The notes beneath the pieces were generated by a model. That model did not search any database and was not told the DNA's origin. It worked only from the letters and a program-made list of their open reading frames with translations. A program made the translations under genes and the position numbers. A stretch of DNA of 64,000 bases from the sequence record MT586120.1, one strand, 5' to 3'. Below, piece after piece: positions 1 to 6,109 of the stretch; the stretch's first letter is position 1; every line of letters starts with the position of its first letter.

Positions 1-2
1 TC

Positions 3-365
3 ATCGAAGAGAAAGTATCATTCAAAGAGAGTAAAGTCGGAGAGAAGTTAAAGCAAGCAATTTACGTAGGCTTCACTCGCAATAACGATTACATTGGTAC
101 TGAGATTGTAAACGAAGAAAATTCAACAGCACATTATCAAGAATTGGAAGAGGATTACAACTTCATTGCTGATAGCATCCGCAACGCATTCGATACTAAT
201 ACAACATTAGCAACTATCACTGGACCTAACAAACTCCTGCAAATTCGTACCAAGGCATCTAAAACCAACGGCAGATATGTGCCCCTATGTTATGCTGGTC
301 AGACAATGAAAGATAAGGCAATGGCGTTCTATCTTACCGCTGGTTTCGGTAAAGAAATCATGTGA
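3..365 (+). CDS. 5'-truncated ORF, probable MutH/Sau3AI-family endonuclease (C-terminal part)
   Basis: Frame is open from base 3 (IEEKVSFKESKVGEKLKQAIYVGF...), upstream of the track start at 144. ELEEDYNFIADSI...TITGPNKLLQIRTKAS resembles the C-terminal 'EDY/W..I...G..LQ.R.K' pattern of MutH/Sau3AI-like nucleases. Confidence 0.5.
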   Translation: MEEKVSFKESKVGEKLKQAIYVGFTRNNDYIGTEIVNEENSTAHYQELEEDYNFIADSIRNAFDTNTTLATITGPNKLLQIRTKASKTNGRYVPLCYAGQTMKDKAMAFYLTAGFGKEIM

Positions 366-380
366 GCCAGTTGAGCCACT

Positions 381-447
381 GGCACAGGGAGCCTAGCAGG
401 GCTCCCCCCAGCTGCTACAATTGATTCATACCAAACAAAGGAAACCA
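381..447 (+). promoter_or_regulatory. Early promoter cassette, family A copy 1 (GGCACA box, hairpin, extended -10, conserved leader)
   Basis: GGCACA 381-386; hairpin GGGAGCC-TAGCAG-GGCTCCC; TGcTACAAT (TACAAT 416-421); leader ATTCATACCAAACAAAGGAA before ATG 448. Confidence 0.8.
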
Positions 448-729
448 ATGGGAATCTCACTCGATCAGCAAGTCGCACAGCTCGCAGCCGAAGGTCATCA
501 AGAGATTGCAGTCATCAAACTCCCTAGTCAGGCAACCCGCAAGCGTCGCAAGCCTAGCAAGCGTCGCACTCCACAAACCACTAACGCGGTCAGCCAAACA
601 ACCTACACTCAAACCGAGAGCCGCAACCTAGGCAAGATTAGTTCAGCCTATGCGCGTCAAGTCCGAGCAGATAGAAGGGCAGCGGCTCAACAAAAAGCAG
701 CCGAGCTTAACGGTCAGCCAATCTTCTAA
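448..729 (+). CDS. Small basic early hypothetical protein (93 aa)
   Basis: ATG 448 follows the AAGGAA SD of the cassette (track start 421 lies inside the promoter). Contains RKRRKPSKRR. Confidence 0.75.
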   Translation: MGISLDQQVAQLAAEGHQEIAVIKLPSQATRKRRKPSKRRTPQTTNAVSQTTYTQTESRNLGKISSAYARQVRADRRAAAQQKAAELNGQPIF

Positions 730-731
730 GA

Positions 732-799
732 GGCACAAGGGGGCTAGCAGCTCCCCCCCTAGCTGCTACAATTGATTCATACCAAACAAAGGAACTCAA
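732..799 (+). promoter_or_regulatory. Early promoter cassette, family A copy 2
   Basis: GGCACA 732-737; GGGGGC-TAGCA-GCTCCC hairpin; AGCTGCTACAATTGATTCATACCAAACAAAGGAA identical to copy 1; same 29-nt box-to--10 spacing. Confidence 0.8.
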
Positions 800-1264
800 A
801 TGGCTACCTACACAAACGCTCAATTGATCGCATTCTTTAAGCAATGGGAGCCTAAGGTTCAATACTTCGGGATCGATATTGTCCCCCCTGGATTCTTCAA
901 GTTCTACAAGCAGGGTAGGGAGCTTGTTAAGGCAGAAGCTGCTGCCACCTTAGCAGCTGCTAAAACTAACAGCCGCACCCCCCTAACAGAATCCGAGCTT
1001 CGTCCCGTCTTCGAAGAGTACCTCGCAACATATCTCGATAATGGGCTTAAGGCTAAGGTCTTTGATCGCTATGCTCCAGTTGAAGCCATTAGCACCGAGC
1101 GCCTAGATAGGGTCGCTACCGTTATGGGTATCCATGGGCAGATCGCCGCTCGCGATACTAGAAATAACTCAACTAAGAGCTGCCTGGATCGTATGGGTAA
1201 AACGCTTGTAGCCATTCTCGAAGAGTACAATGAAATGGTAGGATTCGAGCGCTTCGCCGCATGA
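800..1264 (+). CDS. Early hypothetical protein (154 aa)
   Basis: ORF track; starts directly after the cassette SD. Confidence 0.8.
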   Translation: MATYTNAQLIAFFKQWEPKVQYFGIDIVPPGFFKFYKQGRELVKAEAAATLAAAKTNSRTPLTESELRPVFEEYLATYLDNGLKAKVFDRYAPVEAISTERLDRVATVMGIHGQIAARDTRNNSTKSCLDRMGKTLVAILEEYNEMVGFERFAA

Positions 1265-1273
1265 TTCTATCAA

Positions 1274-1335
1274 GGGGCTAGCCACCTAGCCCCGATCTAT
1301 GCTACAATTCATTCATACCAAACCAGGAACCGACA
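1274..1335 (+). promoter_or_regulatory. Early promoter cassette, family A-like copy 3
   Basis: Perfect hairpin GGGGCTAG-CCAC-CTAGCCCC 1274-1293; TGcTACAAT (1303-1308); ATTCATACCAAACCAGGAA leader. Confidence 0.75.
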
Positions 1336-1554
1336 ATGCCTTTCTCACCTGCCTGCCGCCTTTCAGACCAGACCCGTGTATGGGTTGAGCGCTCAATTCA
1401 CGAGGGAGTAGACCAGGCACTCGAAGCCAACTTCGGACCAGCACAGGGTCAGACTGCTACCGCCATTGCTCTCCGCTTCGCTGCTACGTATTCAGAGGAG
1501 GGCAAGACGATGAGCCTAGCTAACCCCACTAGCGGAATCAGAGCCGAAGATTGA
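1336..1554 (+). CDS. Early hypothetical protein (72 aa)
   Basis: ORF track; fills the gap between two cassettes. Confidence 0.7.
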   Translation: MPFSPACRLSDQTRVWVERSIHEGVDQALEANFGPAQGQTATAIALRFAATYSEEGKTMSLANPTSGIRAED

Positions 1555-1624
1555 CCAGCCAAGGGGGTTGACGGATCAGCCCCCTCTATGGTCTACAATT
1601 CTTACATACCAAACAAGGGAACCG
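1555..1624 (+). promoter_or_regulatory. Early promoter cassette, family B copy 1
   Basis: CCAGCCAAGGGGGTTGACGGATCAGCCCC..CTATGGTCTACAATTC..CATACCAAACAAGG; -35 TTGACG 1568-1573 inside hairpin GGGGTTGA-CGGA-TCAGCCCC; TACAAT 1594-1599. Confidence 0.8.
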
Positions 1625-1768
1625 ATGAACGCCAAAATCTACATAGCATCGATGACCATTGGCTTCACGCTCTCCACCCTAGCCATTGTATTTGGGGCTA
1701 TGTCCTTGGACTTCCAAGAGCCTTCGGCAGCAACCCCAGTTGCTCAAATCACCTGCCAAGGGGGTTGA
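1625..1768 (+). CDS. Small early membrane protein (47 aa, MNAKIYIASMTIGFTLSTLAIVFGAMS...)
   Basis: ATG 1625 after the cassette SD; one hydrophobic segment; stop TGA 1766-1768 lies inside the next cassette. Confidence 0.7.
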   Translation: MNAKIYIASMTIGFTLSTLAIVFGAMSLDFQEPSAATPVAQITCQGG

Positions 1769-1819
1769 CGGATCAGCCCTCTATGGTCTACAATTCATTC
1801 ATACCAAACAAGGGAACCG
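1755..1819 (+). promoter_or_regulatory. Early promoter cassette, family B copy 2
   Basis: TTGACG 1765-1770, 18-nt spacer, TACAAT 1789-1794; same hairpin and leader as B1. Confidence 0.85.
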
Positions 1820-2026
1820 ATGACGACTCTTCACTCTATCGAAAATCTCACAGCCGAGCTCGACCGCCTAGAGGGAATCAAGAATCGCCTAGCAGGGCTG
1901 ATCGTAGACCTTAAGCTCACCAACCCAGACTCACTATTCATCGGACTCTATCAGGACCGCCTCAAGTTCAATGTTCTCCCCGCCATCAAACTCACCAAGG
2001 GCTACATTCTCAAGACCAGCAACTGA
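1820..2026 (+). CDS. Early hypothetical protein (68 aa, coiled-coil-like)
   Basis: ORF track; between cassettes B2 and B3. Confidence 0.75.
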   Translation: MTTLHSIENLTAELDRLEGIKNRLAGLIVDLKLTNPDSLFIGLYQDRLKFNVLPAIKLTKGYILKTSN

Positions 2027-2096
2027 CCAGCCAAGGGGGTTGACGGATCAGCCCCCTATGGTCTACAATTCATTCATACCAAACAAGGCAACCCAA
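2027..2096 (+). promoter_or_regulatory. Early promoter cassette, family B copy 3
   Basis: TTGACG 2040-2045, 18-nt spacer, TACAAT 2064-2069; same hairpin and leader. Confidence 0.85.
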
Positions 2097-2189
2097 ATGG
2101 ACCCCATCTCATTCGCAATCGGTATGGTCGGCGCAGCTCTAGTCGGTATCGTCAATGCCGAGCTGATCAAAGCAAACAACAAAGATTGA
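2097..2189 (+). CDS. 30-aa hydrophobic early peptide (MDPISFAIGMVGAALVGIVNAELIKANNKD)
   Basis: ATG 2097 after the cassette SD; the track start at 1971 runs through the repeat. Confidence 0.65.
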   Translation: MDPISFAIGMVGAALVGIVNAELIKANNKD

Positions 2190-2229
2190 TCAGCCCAGCT
2201 CATCCCACTCAATCAAAACTTTTTTTCAA

Positions 2230-2454
2230 ATGACTCCTTCCATCTTTATCGACACTGAGAACAGCTCAACAGCCGTTGATGCCATCGTGCTCACCCCCCG
2301 TAGAGTTCAGTTCGCTTGGGCGTCTGGTTCCGTCTCCGCTCACACCGTCCGCCTCCGCGATCAAGTGAGATTCTACATCCGCCACTTGATGCTCGATGAG
2401 GAGCTGAGCTATGGTGCTTGGTCCAACTGGGTGCTCGATAATCAAATCCTCTGA
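2230..2454 (+). CDS. Early hypothetical protein (74 aa), weakly KTSC-like
   Basis: ORF track; SSTAVDAI...FAWASG...SYGAW loosely follows the KTSC pattern (weak). Confidence 0.65.
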   Translation: MTPSIFIDTENSSTAVDAIVLTPRRVQFAWASGSVSAHTVRLRDQVRFYIRHLMLDEELSYGAWSNWVLDNQIL

Positions 2455-2510
2455 CCCCTAGGCATCCTGCCCAATCCGTGCTACAATTCACTCAAGTCAA
2501 TCAACCGACA

Positions 2511-2699
2511 ATGCTCAACATCACAGCCGACCAGAATGGAACCATCTCTTGGCAAGAGGCTCTCCGCTTCGTGAATGAGGCAGCAGCTGATCAGCGCAAC
2601 TTCCTCATCCGTGATTTCTTACAGTCTGCTTACGCTGGATTGAGAGGAGAGAGAATCGACCTAGGTGAGCTCAACGTCTGGATCACAGAGAACATCTGA
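2511..2699 (+). CDS. Early hypothetical protein (62 aa)
   Basis: ATG 2511 downstream of a degenerate TGCTACAATTCA promoter at ~2479-2490; ends just before a terminator. Confidence 0.7.
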   Translation: MLNITADQNGTISWQEALRFVNEAAADQRNFLIRDFLQSAYAGLRGERIDLGELNVWITENI

Positions 2700-2707
2700 A
2701 TCACACA

Positions 2708-2731
2708 GCCTCCCGCAAGGGGGGCTTTTTT
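2708..2731 (+). terminator. Rho-independent terminator closing the early cluster
   Basis: GCCTCCC-GCAA-GGGGGGC followed by T6 (GNRA loop). Confidence 0.85.
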
Positions 2732-2753
2732 AATGCGTGCGTATCGACAGTAC

Positions 2754-2832
2754 TCGTTCGTGATAGGACAGTGCTATCCATTCGTTCGTGATAGGACAGT
2801 GCTATCCATTCGTGCGTTGAGGACAGTGATAT
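2754..2832. repeat. 28-bp tandem repeat (2 exact copies plus 1 degenerate)
   Basis: TCGTTCGTGATAGGACAGTGCTATCCAT at 2754-2781 and 2782-2809; degenerate TCGTGCGTTGAGGACAGTGATAT from 2810. Each exact unit holds the inverted repeat GATAG-N7-CTATC. Confidence 0.9.
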
Positions 2833-2965
2833 GGCGTTGCGGTCCATTGGGGGGTGGCGGCGTTACCTTCGTATATAAAAAGTACCTTCTATCTAAGCTA
2901 TAAAAGTAAAGATCGACCTATACTTATCGCTATTTAAAAAATTCTCCCAGATATTCCATGGACCA

Positions 2966-2998
2966 CAGAGTTGGCTCAGAGTTGGCTCAGAGTTGTCT
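2966..2998. repeat. 11-bp tandem repeat x3
   Basis: CAGAGTTGGCT CAGAGTTGGCT CAGAGTTGTCT. Confidence 0.9.
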
Positions 2999-3033
2999 CT
3001 ATATTATACCACACTTCTTAAATATCCCCCCAT

Positions 3034-3068
3034 AAAAAAATCCCCCAGGTATTCAATGCCCCTAGGAG
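3034..3068 (-). terminator. Minus-strand Rho-independent terminator
   Basis: Minus strand CTCCTAGG-N11-CCTGGGGG (8 bp with two G-U) followed by A-T7. Confidence 0.55.
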
Positions 3069-3177
3069 ATGATTATTATTATCTTGATAACATTCGCTTA
3101 TCTCTGTGTAATCCCTCTACACAGAAGTATTGCGTATATCTTCAATAAGTACTTAGAGTGTCTTATCAACCTCAACA
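3034..3177 (-). ncRNA. Candidate ~140-nt structured small RNA
   Basis: Bounded by a consensus sigma70 promoter (3183-3211, minus) and a terminator (3034-3068). Internal 8-bp stem TCTGTGTA/TACACAGA (3103-3125) and long-range TTGATAA/TTATCAA (3084-3090/3163-3169). The only ATG gives a 4-codon ORF. Confidence 0.5.
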
Positions 3178-3182
3178 AGGCT

Positions 3183-3211
3183 ATTCTACAAGTATCTCCG
3201 TGTGTTGTCAA
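3183..3211 (-). promoter_or_regulatory. Sigma70-type promoter, minus strand
   Basis: TTGACA-17 nt-TAGAAT with TG extension on the reverse complement. Confidence 0.75.
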
Positions 3212-3537
3212 GCCCCCATCAAGAGTATCCCTTTAAGTATCTCAACCATCCCCTGACAAACTGCACAAGGCTATTTAGAGAGTCATAAAAGAAGTATTTT
3301 CATTGAGATGCCGTAGGCACACACCGTAGGTGTGTTAGTAGAGATACTTAGAGAAACATAGAGAATCTTTGAGAAACATAGAGGACCGCAGAGAGCGCGA
3401 AAAATCCCCCTCTCAAGTTATCTCCGAAGAGAGTATTACAGAGAGGGTTATACTATTACTAAGGAATACCCATATACTCTACAACTCACTCCGAAGGGTA
3501 TAGAAGAGCTTAGTGGTCAGGGGGGAAATATGCTGTG

Positions 3538-3545
3538 TATAAATA
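3538..3545 (+). promoter_or_regulatory. T4-type late promoter with no adjacent ORF
   Basis: Perfect TATAAATA. Confidence 0.55.
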
Positions 3546-3782
3546 GAAGTGGAATACAAGCCTAGGAGCGTCTCTAATAGGCTCTCATCCTACGGGGGAT
3601 AGAGACACTCCGAGTTCCATTGAGGCTCCCCACAAAGGCATTTAGAGTACGTAGAAGAACATATAGTATCGTAGAGGTCCATAGAGGTCCTCTTTTTTTA
3701 TGGGCGAACCCTTTTTATGACCCTAGGGGGCAAGCCCCCACAATGAGGACCCATAAATACCAATAGAGAATATTAACTTATT

Positions 3783-4496
3783 ATGGCAGTTAACATAAGC
3801 GGTAATGGAGCTATTGAGGGTATTACTTCTTTTAATGGGGAGGATATTGCTTCTTTTAATGAGGGAGGTCCTACTTTCCGCAATATACTCTTTAATGGTT
3901 GGGTGAACACCAGTATTGGAATAAACCAACGTGGCAAAACAATAGCTCAAGTTTCTAATGGGGAATATTGGGCTGATAGGTGGCAACGTGTTTCATCCAC
4001 AACTATGACCCAGAAGGTTGAAGGGGGTAACTATATACCAAATAGGACATATACGTTATCTGGTAATAATGTAACAACAACACAAATCACATCCCCTGCT
4101 AGTGGAACTTGGGATTGGGGTACTGTGCCCTCCAATGCGTCATTGGTTCAGTTGGAGCTAGGTGATACTGCATCTTCTTTTGAATATAGACCCTATGGGT
4201 TGGAAGTAATTTTGTGTCAGAGGTATTATGAAGTTGTTGATTGTGAATATGGTACAACCGCAGTACTTGATGCGGGGAATTCGAATAAAGCTATAAAAAA
4301 ACCTTGGATATATAAAGTTAGTAAAAGAATTATACCAACCGCTATTGTAACTGCTCAAAGTGGTGCTTATTCTACCAATGCTAGTGTGAGTGGAATACGA
4401 AGTTCTTTTTGCAATCTCAATTGGCAATGGCAACAGACATCTGGAAATTTTGATAGGACCAAGGCTGCTGTAGTTAACGTCGATGCCGAACTATAA
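3783..4496 (+). CDS. Tail-fibre tip/adhesin-like protein, paralog 1 (237 aa)
   Basis: ADRW...QLELGDTASSFEYRPYGLE..LCQRYY is a motif typical of phage tail-fibre C-terminal modules; own late promoter ATAAATA 3753-3759. Confidence 0.7.
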   Translation: MAVNISGNGAIEGITSFNGEDIASFNEGGPTFRNILFNGWVNTSIGINQRGKTIAQVSNGEYWADRWQRVSSTTMTQKVEGGNYIPNRTYTLSGNNVTTTQITSPASGTWDWGTVPSNASLVQLELGDTASSFEYRPYGLEVILCQRYYEVVDCEYGTTAVLDAGNSNKAIKKPWIYKVSKRIIPTAIVTAQSGAYSTNASVSGIRSSFCNLNWQWQQTSGNFDRTKAAVVNVDAEL

Positions 4497-4527
4497 TATA
4501 AATACTAATAGAAAATATTAACTTATT

Positions 4528-5250
4528 ATGGCAGTTAACATAAGCGGTAATGGAGCTATTGAGGGTATTACTTCTTTTAATGGGGGCGGACTTACCTTTC
4601 GTAATATACTCTATAATGGGTGGGTAAACACCAGTAATGAAATAAACCAACGTGGCAAAACAATATCCGAGGTTTCTGATGGAGACTATTGGGCTGATAG
4701 GTGGCAACGTGTTTCCTCTACGACAATGACCCAAAAAGTTGAAGAGGGTAACTATATACCAAATAGGACATATACGTTATCTGGTAATAATGTAACAACA
4801 GTGCAGGTAACATCACCTGCTAGTGGGACTTGGGATTGGGGAACTGTTCCCTCCAATGCTTCATTGGTTCAGTTAGAGTTGGGTGATACTCCATCTGCTT
4901 TTGAATATAGACCCAAGGGGTTAGAGTTGGGTTTGTGTCAGAGGTACTATCAAAATCTCAATGTTAGAATGTTGTTAGATCAGGTGAATTATTTATTTTC
5001 TTCTCGCAATTCTTATGTTAATCCAATGCGAACTGCACCATCAGTAGGTTTTACAGGTAAGTTAAAGTGGGATGATTTAATTACCGGGCAGTTAAGTTCT
5101 ACTATCTTTGATTCAGATAATGTTAATGTTTCATCTAAGGTGATTCGGGCAACACCATTTTACCTTTATGTTCAGTTGCCGGGGGTTCAGCAGAATGTCT
5201 TTAAAAGGTATCAATTTGAAGAGGCTATTACCCTTGATGCCGAACTATAA
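4528..5250 (+). CDS. Tail-fibre tip/adhesin-like protein, paralog 2 (240 aa)
   Basis: First ~140 aa nearly identical to paralog 1; own TATAAATA 4497-4504; unrelated C-terminal domain; ends DAEL. Confidence 0.7.
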   Translation: MAVNISGNGAIEGITSFNGGGLTFRNILYNGWVNTSNEINQRGKTISEVSDGDYWADRWQRVSSTTMTQKVEEGNYIPNRTYTLSGNNVTTVQVTSPASGTWDWGTVPSNASLVQLELGDTPSAFEYRPKGLELGLCQRYYQNLNVRMLLDQVNYLFSSRNSYVNPMRTAPSVGFTGKLKWDDLITGQLSSTIFDSDNVNVSSKVIRATPFYLYVQLPGVQQNVFKRYQFEEAITLDAEL

Positions 5251-5281
5251 TATAAATACCAATAGAGAATACTAACTTATT

Positions 5282-5944
5282 ATGTCAGTTAACATAAGCG
5301 GTAATGGAGCTATTGAGGGTATTACTTCCTTTAATGGAGGAGGGCTTACTTTCCGCAATATTCTTTATAATGGTTGGGTGAACACCAGTAGTGAAATCAA
5401 CCAACGTGGCAAAACAATAGCTCAAGTTTCTAATGGAAACTATTTTGCAGATCGATGGGAAAGAGTTTCATCCACAACTATGACCCAAAAAGTTGAAGAA
5501 AAAAATTATATACCAAATAGGACATATACGCTATCGGGTACTAACGTAACAACAGTGCAGGTAACATCACCTGCTAGTGGGACTTGGGATTGGGGAACTG
5601 TGCCGTCTGATGCTTCATTGGTTCAGTTAGAGTTGGGTGATACTGCATCTTCTTTTGAATATAGACCCTATGGATTGGAGTTGAGTTTGTGTCAGAGGTA
5701 CTATCAGTTTGCATATGCTAATATTAGAAGTAGTGCAGGGTATATTTTTGAAAATGCAGTAACCTGGAATACTCAAATGAGAATAAGTCCATCAATATTC
5801 ACTGGAGGTACACCCGTCAATTGTATAATTCGATATCTTGATATAGCTCCCTATGGGTGTCGTATGGAAGCAGTCAGCCAGCAACCTGATGGTACGGATA
5901 GTTATGCACTTGAGCAAATCTTGGAACTAAATGCTGAACTATGA
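5282..5944 (+). CDS. Tail-fibre tip/adhesin-like protein, paralog 3 (220 aa)
   Basis: Same N-terminal module; own TATAAATA 5251-5258; third distinct C-terminal domain; ends NAEL. Confidence 0.7.
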   Translation: MSVNISGNGAIEGITSFNGGGLTFRNILYNGWVNTSSEINQRGKTIAQVSNGNYFADRWERVSSTTMTQKVEEKNYIPNRTYTLSGTNVTTVQVTSPASGTWDWGTVPSDASLVQLELGDTASSFEYRPYGLELSLCQRYYQFAYANIRSSAGYIFENAVTWNTQMRISPSIFTGGTPVNCIIRYLDIAPYGCRMEAVSQQPDGTDSYALEQILELNAEL

Positions 5945-6030
5945 TTGGATTTATTGTAATACTATTATTCTTTCTTGGGATTATGGGTCTTATGACCTTC
6001 CTTTCCGTTTTTGGTGATTGGTTTGTATAG
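5941..6030 (+). CDS. 29-aa hydrophobic peptide (MIGFIVILLFFLGIMGLMTFLSVFGDWFV)
   Basis: ATGA overlap with the stop of paralog 3; single transmembrane-like stretch; below the ORF-track cutoff. Confidence 0.5.
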   Translation: MIGFIVILLFFLGIMGLMTFLSVFGDWFV

Positions 6031-6109
6031 TACAGTATATGAAGTGGTACATATTAATAGATGCCCCCAGACCCATGGAGTATAATAACAAGGTATTCAG
6101 GAGGTTGAA

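Noticed and set aside
1588-1914. 108-aa ORF with repeated GLTDQPSMVYNSFIPNKGTD, and track starts at 421, 1568, 1971, 2478
   Set aside because: These frames read through the promoter cassettes; the peptide repeat is just the translated DNA repeat. The true starts follow the cassette SD.
381-2096. CRISPR array interpretation of the early repeats
   Set aside because: Repeats are 65-70 bp promoter units, the intervals are 90-465 bp, unequal and coding, and no cas genes are present.
3723-4734. Similar minus-strand ORFs at 3723-3986 and 4474-4734
   Set aside because: Shadow frames produced by the duplicated plus-strand units; no SD or promoter support.
3783-5944. Diversity-generating retroelement (TR/VR pair)
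   Set aside because: C-terminal regions are unalignable and differ in length rather than differing at adenines; no reverse transcriptase or avd-like gene in the window.
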